Below, in pieces: positions 10,531-19,547 of a stretch of 53,830 bases of DNA. How positions within the stretch are numbered: the stretch's first letter is position 1; the number at the start of each line of letters is the position of its first letter. The stretch comes from an uncultured virus (IMG/VR IMGVR_UViG_3300044858_003318) (lineage: Duplodnaviria; Heunggongvirae; Uroviricota; Caudoviricetes): the IMG/VR virus record IMGVR_UViG_3300044858_003318; one strand, written 5' to 3'. The notes under the pieces were generated by a model, which was given only the letters and a program-made list of their open reading frames with translations, searched no databases and was not told the origin of the DNA. Both the position numbers and the translations under genes were made by a program.

Positions 10531-11693
10531 TAAGCTTCTTCGTCTATAACCTCATCTGTAATAATTACGTCATCAATACCGCCATCGATACCAGCTTGAT
10601 ACTTAAAGATATACGCATCGCATATTCTTTTATACAATCGATCTTTAATCTCTGGTTGATTGATTACCTTATCTACAAATGTTTTTGATTGAAATTTAAT
10701 TTCTCCAAATACTTCTCCAGTTTCAATATCAGTGTCATCTAATGTATAATGAGCTCCTGATTGTTTTACTAGATTGTATTTTTTCATTGTTTCAAGCCAT
10801 CCACCATAGTTATCAATACCACTATCATAATAGATGTCATAGTTGATTTTTCGATGCGGAGGACCCATTCTGTTTTTCACTACTTGTACTTCAGTCTTAC
10901 TTCCTACCACTTGTTCAACGCCTTCAACTTTGGCTTTAATCATTCCAGTATTCTTAAGACGAAGACGTACAGATGCATGAAATGGAATCGCTTTACCACC
11001 CGATGTTGTCCACGCATCGCCGAATGATACCCCTAATTTAGTTCGTAACTGATTAGTCATAATCAAACAAATTCTTTCTCGTGCAATCCAGTTAGTTACC
11101 TTACGCATTGCTTTTGATAGAATAATTGATTTACTGGTAGCATATCCATCTTTGTCATATTCAGCAGCCATTTCTATTTTTGTAGATGCACCCATAATAG
11201 AGTCAACAATAATAGTAACGAGACGATCTTTATCTGATTTACGTACCTGTTCAACAATAGTTTCAATTGTTTCAAAAATTTCTTCTACTGTTTCTAATGG
11301 AACATATAACATTGATTTCAAATCAATTCCAATAGCTGACATAAATTCAGCACTAGTTGCTGCTTCTGTATCAATATAAACTGCTAATCCACCTTTTTTC
11401 TGTGTTTCTGCAGCTACATGAGATACTAATAAAGACTTACCTGATGCTTCTAATCCGGTAACTTCAGTTATCCGACCTACTGGGAATCCTCCGTTCGATC
11501 GGTTTGAAATCGCTAAATCGAGCATATCACAACCAGATGAAATCCATTCTGTTACATTGCTTGGTGAATCAGCATCTCCTTCTAAAAAGAAAGCTGTTTT
11601 AAGAGCTTGCCCTTTAAATTGCTTGTTAATGCTATCAGCTAATGTACTTGCTAATGAGTCTTCCAGTTCCAGTTTGCTTTTACTCTTTGCCAT
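10530..11693 (-). CDS. recA: RecA/UvsX-like recombinase
   Basis: GRITEVTGLEASGKS, YIDTE, IVDS, TNQLR, TTSGGKAIPFHASVRL. Confidence 0.95.
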   Translation of the reverse strand: MAKSKSKLELEDSLASTLADSINKQFKGQALKTAFFLEGDADSPSNVTEWISSGCDMLDLAISNRSNGGFPVGRITEVTGLEASGKSLLVSHVAAETQKKGGLAVYIDTEAATSAEFMSAIGIDLKSMLYVPLETVEEIFETIETIVEQVRKSDKDRLVTIIVDSIMGASTKIEMAAEYDKDGYATSKSIILSKAMRKVTNWIARERICLIMTNQLRTKLGVSFGDAWTTSGGKAIPFHASVRLRLKNTGMIKAKVEGVEQVVGSKTEVQVVKNRMGPPHRKINYDIYYDSGIDNYGGWLETMKKYNLVKQSGAHYTLDDTDIETGEVFGEIKFQSKTFVDKVINQPEIKDRLYKRICDAYIFKYQAGIDGGIDDVIITDEVIDEEA

Positions 11694-11706
11694 TTATAAC
11701 TCCTTC

Positions 11707-12483
11707 TTAATTAAAAAGATCATTGAATGCTGATGCTACGTCATCAACTTTACCTGCTACTGGCTTTGCAGCTTTTGCTGGTGTTGAAACGCCTTGTGCC
11801 TCTTCTTCTTCATCAGCTGCTACATCTGAATCTGCATTTTCAGGATTCATCCATTCTGTTAATGCAACTTCTAACTCTTCATAAGTTGGTTCAGGAAATA
11901 TGTCAGTAATTACTGGTTGATTCATAATCTTTTCAGCAATTGCTTTATCTTCTGTTGCTGGCTGTGTGTTTGGTTTCACTCGAATTGCAGTTTTTGGAAA
12001 TGCACCACCTTCTGCAGGAGTAAATTCTACATCAATATCACGACCATTCATTAAATCTGTAATGTCTCCATAGTCTGGATCAGAGATAATTGATAATAGT
12101 TCTGCGTAGATAGTTTTACCAAATCCCCAAAACTTTACACCTTCTGCTTCTTTACCGCGCACGATAACAGGTACATAAGTTCTCATTTTAGGCTCAATTT
12201 TACGACCCATCATCCATTCATCCTTATCGCCAGTTTTTTTTAGTTTGTCTGAAAACTCTACGATTGGATCTGCATTGCCGAATGAGATCGGTGATAACAT
12301 TGATCTTTTGCCAATGTCGTAATGAAAATACAATTCTAAGAATGGATTGTCTTTTCTGTGCACATATGGCACGATACGGATTCTTGTTTTACCTGCTTCA
12401 GGTTTCCACAAATTGTTTTTCTTTTCATCAGTTTTGTTCAACTGATTGAGTTTTGCCTTTATGGCATCTAAATTTAAGCCCAT
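11707..12483 (-). CDS. Single-stranded DNA-binding protein (T4 gp32-like)
   Basis: WKPE..RIRIVP, GVKFWGFGKT, DITDLMNGRD, acidic C-tail; adjacent to recA. Confidence 0.88.
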   Translation of the reverse strand: MGLNLDAIKAKLNQLNKTDEKKNNLWKPEAGKTRIRIVPYVHRKDNPFLELYFHYDIGKRSMLSPISFGNADPIVEFSDKLKKTGDKDEWMMGRKIEPKMRTYVPVIVRGKEAEGVKFWGFGKTIYAELLSIISDPDYGDITDLMNGRDIDVEFTPAEGGAFPKTAIRVKPNTQPATEDKAIAEKIMNQPVITDIFPEPTYEELEVALTEWMNPENADSDVAADEEEEAQGVSTPAKAAKPVAGKVDDVASAFNDLFN

Positions 12484-12532
12484 TGGTTAAATCCTTTTTT
12501 AATTGGTTAATAAAATATAAAATATTAATTAC

Positions 12533-12560
12533 ATTATAAGTAATTAAATCGTTAAATCAA
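12533..12560 (-). promoter_or_regulatory. Class A promoter TTGATT-N16-TATAAT upstream of SSB
   Basis: Variant of the repeated motif. Confidence 0.5.
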
Positions 12561-12587
12561 AGTAATTTGTTAAGTTTTTTTTTGTTT

Positions 12588-13088
12588 TTAAAATAAATAA
12601 TCCATAATCGTAGAATCACTTATTCCATATTTTGTAGCAATATCTTCATCCTGTATTTCTACATTTTGAATATCACCATCTTCATCATATGTAACTGTCA
12701 AATCGATAGTATCGGTACCAACTTTAAGTTCACAGTCAAATGTAATGTCGGATACTAATCTGGTTTGATCATATGCACCAGTTGGATCATTTTTACTTTC
12801 AATATCTTGTTTGATGTCGTTCACAATATCTTGAAATGTATTTTTATCATCAATTCCAGATCCTTGAAAATACATAGATGTAATACCAGAAATGTTGGTA
12901 TCATAATCAACTCGGTTAATATGAAGTTTTAAATTCTTAGGATCAAACATTGGATTACCTGTTCGAGGATCTCGATTGGCACCATCGAATCCTAATTTAT
13001 TTTCCAAATCACTTAAATCAGCTTCGTGTAGATTTTTTGTATTAAAACGACGCATATTTTCTGCTAGGATGTTTTCTAGTTTTTTCAT
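12588..13088 (-). CDS. Hypothetical acidic protein with N-terminal ILAE..NLHE leader
   Basis: 166-aa ORF. Confidence 0.8.
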   Translation of the reverse strand: MKKLENILAENMRRFNTKNLHEADLSDLENKLGFDGANRDPRTGNPMFDPKNLKLHINRVDYDTNISGITSMYFQGSGIDDKNTFQDIVNDIKQDIESKNDPTGAYDQTRLVSDITFDCELKVGTDTIDLTVTYDEDGDIQNVEIQDEDIATKYGISDSTIMDYLF

Positions 13089-13094
13089 AATTAC

Positions 13095-13520
13095 TTATTT
13101 TGAAAATCGATATGCGTAACTGCTAGTATCGCCGGATTGGATTGCATATGCGTGTTGTAACATACGATTAAGATTATCTCTTACATCTCGGTAAGTTCCT
13201 TGCCATCCGCTATATGTTTTTGAATATGGATATAATTCTAAAAATGCATTTATAAAATCCATAGTAGTCGCACTGCCAGGCGTTTTATCTTTATAGATTG
13301 ATAACAAATCCATCACATCATTTTTAAACTCAGCCATATCAATACGAGCTCGTTTTATTCTAGAATAGTTTTGTTCTAGTTTAGATAAAAAACTATCCTG
13401 TATTCTTTGATCTGCTTCGGCATCTAATCCAGTCGTTTTACCTAATTGTGCTGGCGACTTATAATCAGCAGGATTCCATTTCTGCTCATCTTCTTTTAAT
13501 AAATGTTTTAATTTTAGCAT
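13095..13520 (-). CDS. Hypothetical protein with N-terminal MLKLKHLLKE leader
   Basis: 141-aa ORF; class B motif at 13540-13547 and AGGA upstream. Confidence 0.8.
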   Translation of the reverse strand: MLKLKHLLKEDEQKWNPADYKSPAQLGKTTGLDAEADQRIQDSFLSKLEQNYSRIKRARIDMAEFKNDVMDLLSIYKDKTPGSATTMDFINAFLELYPYSKTYSGWQGTYRDVRDNLNRMLQHAYAIQSGDTSSYAYRFSK

Positions 13521-13546
13521 AGTTATTCCTATTACTTATATAAATA

Positions 13547-13933
13547 TCAATTCCAAGTAATTTTCTTAAAAAATACCAATCCAACAACACGATATCCAGC
13601 ATCATCTGTTAATATAAATGAATTTTGATATTTACTCCAATCCAATTGATATGTTTTATCTAAAACTCCGTTATTAACCGTTCGTATAACTTCATTAAGT
13701 GCATTAACCGTATACAAGGTATTTGTTTCTTTTTTACGGTGTATGCTTATTGTGTTTTGTCCTCTGCGACCAGAATCGATAGCATTGTATGTGCAATACA
13801 AATTGTCTGCATGATCTTCGTTTGCAAATACAAATATTCGACGTTCTGGAATCTCGTAGTTATGTTGTATGTATTCGGATATAATGTTTAAATCCGTTTT
13901 ATGTGCAAATGTGCAAAGTAGTTGTGTTTTCAA
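13547..13933 (-). CDS. Hypothetical protein
   Basis: 128-aa ORF overlapping the upstream stop (ATGA). Confidence 0.8.
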   Translation of the reverse strand: MKTQLLCTFAHKTDLNIISEYIQHNYEIPERRIFVFANEDHADNLYCTYNAIDSGRRGQNTISIHRKKETNTLYTVNALNEVIRTVNNGVLDKTYQLDWSKYQNSFILTDDAGYRVVGLVFFKKITWN

Positions 13934-15180
13934 AGTTCATATTCCTCAGTTATATCCGTATCGCTTAAATCAATTTTATCTGAACCAATTGCCGTTTCTA
14001 TTATACGTATTTTTCCGGCATCTATAACTACATATCTAAATTCGTTTGTAACTCGTATACGATCTTTTCTAAAAACAATAAATTGTAAATCGTTACCTAT
14101 AATTGAATCAACAGCTTCTTGTAAATCTACATCTAACATTTCTGGTTGTCGTACGTATTTTAATCGACGAAGTTCTGTGTTAATATATGTAATGTCCTGA
14201 CTACCATCATCGATAGGCTTAATAGTTACTGATCCATCAATTGTTTGTTTTAATGGCTCAATTGACATTTCTATAGGAGTAGCATTTGGTCCGCGTAAAA
14301 TAACATTAGTATATCCTTGTATTTCAGAATTTAATAAGTTAGCTTCTCGATAAAATTGCATTAAAAATTGTTTATCTTTCATATTTAAATTTCCAGCTAA
14401 AATAAATGTGCGCCGATCATCTAAATATGCAATAGAATTTAACAACGATTCGTTAAAATATTTATGAAATTTAAATTTTGGGTTTTCAACAGTTCCTCGT
14501 AATTGATCTAGACGTTTCAAAGTTGTTACTATTTCATCCCAAAATTTAAATCTAGTAACACTAGCTTTAGTACCCAATCGAATCGATTTAGCATTTCCTT
14601 TCCCACCAGTATAATCTTTTATTTCATAGGATCGTCCATTTGCTGTCATATCAAATGATACTCCGCTGCCGTTTATTCGTGATCCTTTGATTAAAGATGC
14701 TAATAAAATTTCACCTTTTCCTATACCCTTAGGTTCTAATTTGAATAAATCATGTCCAATGCCGGATTTGAAGTTTATAGTATTTAACTCATCCTCTGTA
14801 ACATCATTCAATGTATATAACAAAGAAGCAAACATTACAGATTGTTCCGAATTCAATTGATTTAAAAAATTTAAAGTTATAGCATCTGCTTCAGTTGGTA
14901 ATAAATTTAAAAATTCTCGAAATTCATTGGTTTTATTTGCTTGTTGAATTGCATTAATTAATAATTGATTTTCGATAGAATCAAATTGTATAGATTCAGT
15001 AACGAGTTGTTTAACGTTACCTCGAGCTCGTTCTACAATCAGTCGTGCTTCGTCTGGAGATATATTTACCACTTCTAATAAAACATCATATAATGTCTCA
15101 TAATCTTTAGATGCAGTAGGATATCCTTTTGGTAATCGATAACACCATTCTGTTAATATTAAATTAATGTCTATGTTCAT
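13930..15180 (-). CDS. Hypothetical protein with putative PD-(D/E)XK nuclease core
   Basis: GKGEILL ... SFDMTANGRSYEIKD; class B motif at 15203-15210. Confidence 0.6.
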   Translation of the reverse strand: MNIDINLILTEWCYRLPKGYPTASKDYETLYDVLLEVVNISPDEARLIVERARGNVKQLVTESIQFDSIENQLLINAIQQANKTNEFREFLNLLPTEADAITLNFLNQLNSEQSVMFASLLYTLNDVTEDELNTINFKSGIGHDLFKLEPKGIGKGEILLASLIKGSRINGSGVSFDMTANGRSYEIKDYTGGKGNAKSIRLGTKASVTRFKFWDEIVTTLKRLDQLRGTVENPKFKFHKYFNESLLNSIAYLDDRRTFILAGNLNMKDKQFLMQFYREANLLNSEIQGYTNVILRGPNATPIEMSIEPLKQTIDGSVTIKPIDDGSQDITYINTELRRLKYVRQPEMLDVDLQEAVDSIIGNDLQFIVFRKDRIRVTNEFRYVVIDAGKIRIIETAIGSDKIDLSDTDITEEYEL

Positions 15181-16499
15181 AACGAGATTGTTTTCATTTT
15201 ACTATAAATATTAGCAACTTTCACTTTTACTGGAAAATTACCTTGTTCCAATGCCTGTTTTATCTGTGGTATGAGTTGTTGAGCTTCTTCAAATTTACTG
15301 TCTATCAAAATACTATCATACGTGTACAATATGAGTTTAGTTTCATAGTCGTGTAATATTTGTTGAACTGTTTGTAATTTTTGCACAGATACCTCCGTTT
15401 CCATTGCTTGTAAATAATAGTTAAACACTTTGTTTGCGGTTGGATTTGAAATCATATCATGTGTAATTTGTCGTTTTAAAATCGGTGTTTCTATTCGCTT
15501 TTTTGTTTTCCAAGTATTCCATAATGAATAAATAAAATCATTTACCTTAGCAAAAAATGGAACGGATAAAAATTCTCGATCGATTCCACCATATAACAAA
15601 CGAAATGTTATTTGTTTGCTTTGTTCGTATTGTTCTTCTGTTAATTGTTCAGTGTCAAAATAGAACCGGCCAAAATATTCATGCACAGATCCAGCCGGTA
15701 ACTCATATCCAATTATCCTAGCAATCAATCTAACATGATATGCATCAAAGTCCATTTCCACTAATGCTCCATTATCAAATCTGCTACAAAATGCTGCACG
15801 TGTACCATCTTCTTTGTTCATTGCAGCAAAATTGAATCCTCGAGCTGCATTACTAGGTCGACCCGTAACCGTGTGATAGTTATAACTTGAATACACTCGA
15901 CCAGCATTAACTAAATCTGGCATACGGAATGTTTCATTAACAGCTAATCCCGTGCTTTCAATTTCAGCAAAAACTTTAGGATATATTTCATTGAACCGTA
16001 AATATGAAGTTGACAGTTCGGCATTCATACACATCGGCCAAGCATATTTTCTAATTTTCTGACACATAGCTAAATGTTGTTGTAATGGCACAATTGCATT
16101 AACATGTGCTAATGTTTGATGACGTCGCCAATAAAATGAATGAGCCGTTGTTGGATAATGTGATTCATCATATGCTTCATTGTATGTATACCACCATAAC
16201 GTCTTTATATCCAATACGGCATCATTTCCTCCGATTTGAAGCCAGGTTTTCTTGTCATGGACAAATATATTGCGTAATGCTAAAAAGTCTGGCAATCGTT
16301 TTGAAAACCCGGTTATCTGTTCTGTATGCCGGATTGGTATTAATCTTTCTACATCATCTTCAGTATAAATATAAATTGCAATAACTGGATTAATAACAGG
16401 ATGTAATACTGGACTTGATAGTATTGGTATTAACAGAGTTCGCTTCTGTGCACAGTATTGCAATATTGCATCAATTTCATCTGCATGATCCGTTATCAT
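15177..16499 (-). CDS. Minimal family A DNA polymerase
   Basis: TGRPS, motif A EMDFDAYHVRL, motif B KQITFRLLYGG, motif C LYTYDSIL; only 440 aa. Confidence 0.88.
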   Translation of the reverse strand: MITDHADEIDAILQYCAQKRTLLIPILSSPVLHPVINPVIAIYIYTEDDVERLIPIRHTEQITGFSKRLPDFLALRNIFVHDKKTWLQIGGNDAVLDIKTLWWYTYNEAYDESHYPTTAHSFYWRRHQTLAHVNAIVPLQQHLAMCQKIRKYAWPMCMNAELSTSYLRFNEIYPKVFAEIESTGLAVNETFRMPDLVNAGRVYSSYNYHTVTGRPSNAARGFNFAAMNKEDGTRAAFCSRFDNGALVEMDFDAYHVRLIARIIGYELPAGSVHEYFGRFYFDTEQLTEEQYEQSKQITFRLLYGGIDREFLSVPFFAKVNDFIYSLWNTWKTKKRIETPILKRQITHDMISNPTANKVFNYYLQAMETEVSVQKLQTVQQILHDYETKLILYTYDSILIDSKFEEAQQLIPQIKQALEQGNFPVKVKVANIYSKMKTISL

Positions 16500-16505
16500 A
16501 CATTA

Positions 16506-16534
16506 AATATAAGAAAAATATTTCAATAAAACAA
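16506..16534 (-). promoter_or_regulatory. Class A-like promoter TTGTTT-N17-TATATT upstream of the PolA-like gene
   Basis: 17-nt spacer in an intergenic gap. Confidence 0.45.
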
Positions 16535-16536
16535 TG

Positions 16537-17145
16537 TTATTGATTAATATCTGCAGGTACCACGTAATCCGAGTCAGAATAATATTGTAATAAATCAGTA
16601 AAGAATGTAAATATATCAGGAATCGATTCTTGTAACTTGGTTAGTGTTTCTAAGTTTTTAGTGTATACACCTGGTTTTAATACGCCACCTTCATATACAT
16701 CGGTAGTTGGTCCGGAGATATACCATTTAAACTGAAATGCTTGGTATAAATTATTATCTATTTGCCGAGCAATCCATTTTGTATATTGACCTGAATCGAT
16801 TTCGGTTATTAAATTTTTATTTAACTGATATAAAATATATCTAGTAATGAATCCAGCTGTACGATCTGCTTCTGTGATTGTTGGTATACTAGTTACCGGC
16901 GGATCAAATTTTGTTTGTACAGTTTTTATTCTTTTGTACTGTTTCGTTAACTCGGATTCAAATACTATAGCAAATAATTTGATTGATGTTTGTGGATTCC
17001 ATGTTGCACCAGAAAATACTTCACCGGTAGTGTATGTATGATATGGACCTATATATTCTTTCTGAGCTGAATTCATTAACTCAGATCCAGTAGTATATAG
17101 ATTTTTAGTAATCTGACTTGGGGTGTAATGTAAACGTTGTCTCAT
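16537..17145 (-). CDS. Hypothetical protein, probably baseplate-associated
   Basis: 202-aa ORF translationally coupled to the hub gene. Confidence 0.7.
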   Translation of the reverse strand: MRQRLHYTPSQITKNLYTTGSELMNSAQKEYIGPYHTYTTGEVFSGATWNPQTSIKLFAIVFESELTKQYKRIKTVQTKFDPPVTSIPTITEADRTAGFITRYILYQLNKNLITEIDSGQYTKWIARQIDNNLYQAFQFKWYISGPTTDVYEGGVLKPGVYTKNLETLTKLQESIPDIFTFFTDLLQYYSDSDYVVPADINQ

Positions 17146-19211
17146 TCTAATATCCGAACTCTAGGTACACATCTAATTTTAGTAGTCCAATCGCCAGTGT
17201 TTGAAACTTCATGTGTAACTGCCATTATAGTAAATACAAATGCATCTGTATATCTTCTCGGTAACCCAGCAAATGTTAAAACATCTCCATATTTAAATCC
17301 ATTAATACCATCAATTGTAAACTCTAATTCCATTGGAAACACAGTTTTATTACGTTGTATCGATTTTTTAATATCAGGCGTAAAATATGATATATATTGT
17401 TCTAAAACTTTAGCAAATGTTTTTTTAAGTACCGGGTCATCTGGTCTTTTTGAAAAAGTATTTTTAACAGTAGCCAAATCTTTGAGTGATTGTTCGTGAT
17501 TAGCTCGCCACTCTTTTTCTAATTCAATTCTTTGCGCTTCAGTTCCATATATATATCCGTTATATGCAACTTGTTTCTGTGTACCGGTTGCCCCAGATGT
17601 AATACCAAAAATCATATTTTTAATTGAATTCGGTACATTTGATGTTAGTGAAAAATCACGAACTACTGATTGGCCAGTTTTTGATGTAAATATTGGAATT
17701 TCAAATTCTGTTACAACTCTGTCTGAATCAACATAATTTACATCAGTATATAATAAAGCATCTGGAATTATAGGATCTTGCACTAACACCATACGTATAG
17801 CATTGCCAGTAGAAGTATATATTATATTACTTAATTTATTTAAAAAATGTCTAATAGATAAATCTGGTTTTTCTTGTGCGGACATTTCATTAATAATGTT
17901 TTGTATAACATCAATGTTTATGTATATTCGAGATGGATATGATACCCCAGCTGACCCTGCTATTACAGAAAATCCTTCTGATTGTGGGTTAACGTTTGGA
18001 AACATTTTTAATGGGGAATCGGGTGGCCCAGCTGGGGTAACTTCAGGAACATCAGCCGTAGTTCCGAATATCACAGCTTCGCCTAATGGAGGTTGTGTAG
18101 TTATATCATAATTATATACATCAGTCTTAATACCGTTGGTGCCAGACCATAACAATATATTTTCTGGATCTGCTGATACTATTTTTTCATAAAAATTACT
18201 TAAACATACCGAATCATTACATACTATTCGCGATCCGACACGTTCTAATGCAAATGTATTAATATAGTTAATTAAATATCCTAAAGTTATTAAACGATGT
18301 TGATGTGGCGAATTAGTATTTCCTATTTTATATGGCACTCCAACTAATAAACCTTGATCTTTAGTTCCGGATGTTATTTGCTCAAATTCTATATTCTCTT
18401 TGCCAGTTTCTTTGTATGCTTGAATAATATCATCAATTTGTCTCGATAATCCGGCGTACAAATCGCTAACTTGATTTTCAACATCTTTACCACCAGATCC
18501 GCTATTTTTAGTTTTTACTGAATTCTTTATATAAAGCTGAACCTCTGCATATGTGTTACTAGTACCTATAGCTTCGATTTGCAATTCAACCGTACCAGCT
18601 GGTGTGTATGAAAATGTAAAATTTGATATACGTCCTTGAAAATAAAATTCATTCATGTTTTTTAGACGTTCTAAATCTACATTTGGATATAACTTTGTCA
18701 AAGTTTGTGTGCTAGGCAATTCTAAATCAGATAATTTTGTATTTGTAATAACAGCTGTCTCTGGATGTGCAATTACTAATTGAATGTACCGACCCGGTGC
18801 ACAATATATACGTTCAATTTCATTTAAATCAGTTGTTGGATCCGGAATACTAATATCAATCGTAGTCTTATTCATATAGAATTTAGATTGATCATAAAAA
18901 CCAGTATTTACATTTGTTATAAATGGAGGTATACGGTGCGCCGGTCTAATTCTATCATTTAAAAATCCTTCCGGACCTGATGGCATGTATGCTTTAGATA
19001 CCACTGAAGCTCCACCTAAAATACCATAACCATCAAATGGTTTAGAATCTTTTTGTGGTCGGGATTCATATGCAGTTAATTCAACATTTGCAATTTTTTC
19101 CAACATAAATTGCATAGCAGCAGTAGTTCGATCTATAGAACCAGCTCGGCCTCGAGCATTTAATTCAGCTCTTAAATTAGGATTAACTTGTGAATAAAAT
19201 ATAGCACTCAT
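17142..19211 (-). CDS. Putative baseplate hub protein
   Basis: C-terminal ELEFTIDGINGFKYGD...AVTHEVS..DWTTKI pattern typical of hub proteins; follows the LysM and tube-initiator genes. Confidence 0.6.
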   Translation of the reverse strand: MSAIFYSQVNPNLRAELNARGRAGSIDRTTAAMQFMLEKIANVELTAYESRPQKDSKPFDGYGILGGASVVSKAYMPSGPEGFLNDRIRPAHRIPPFITNVNTGFYDQSKFYMNKTTIDISIPDPTTDLNEIERIYCAPGRYIQLVIAHPETAVITNTKLSDLELPSTQTLTKLYPNVDLERLKNMNEFYFQGRISNFTFSYTPAGTVELQIEAIGTSNTYAEVQLYIKNSVKTKNSGSGGKDVENQVSDLYAGLSRQIDDIIQAYKETGKENIEFEQITSGTKDQGLLVGVPYKIGNTNSPHQHRLITLGYLINYINTFALERVGSRIVCNDSVCLSNFYEKIVSADPENILLWSGTNGIKTDVYNYDITTQPPLGEAVIFGTTADVPEVTPAGPPDSPLKMFPNVNPQSEGFSVIAGSAGVSYPSRIYINIDVIQNIINEMSAQEKPDLSIRHFLNKLSNIIYTSTGNAIRMVLVQDPIIPDALLYTDVNYVDSDRVVTEFEIPIFTSKTGQSVVRDFSLTSNVPNSIKNMIFGITSGATGTQKQVAYNGYIYGTEAQRIELEKEWRANHEQSLKDLATVKNTFSKRPDDPVLKKTFAKVLEQYISYFTPDIKKSIQRNKTVFPMELEFTIDGINGFKYGDVLTFAGLPRRYTDAFVFTIMAVTHEVSNTGDWTTKIRCVPRVRILE

Positions 19212-19510
19212 CTAGTTGTATTTACTGTTTGTATTTGTTGTTGTATACCAGTGATATCTGGAATACGTAATCGTGTATTAGGAGGGGCAATCAATGATCC
19301 TTTACCTAAACCATTTGCAGATGCAATAACATACCATAAAGTAGCATCATTGTAGAATCTATATGCTAATAAATCTAAGCGTTCTAACGATGTAACTTGA
19401 ATATACACATCATTATTAGATATAGCTGGTACCGGAATAATCATTGTATCTTTTCTCCGGCGACCATTTGAGTCCTTTATCGTTTTAGTATTTGAGTATC
19501 GATTTGCCAT
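19208..19510 (-). CDS. LysM/gpX-like baseplate protein (T4 gp53-like)
   Basis: RLDLLAYRFYNDATLWYVIASAN..LRIP. Confidence 0.85.
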   Translation of the reverse strand: MANRYSNTKTIKDSNGRRRKDTMIIPVPAISNNDVYIQVTSLERLDLLAYRFYNDATLWYVIASANGLGKGSLIAPPNTRLRIPDITGIQQQIQTVNTTR

Positions 19511-19547
19511 ATTATAATCCTCTGTTTAATATATATTTTTATAAACA

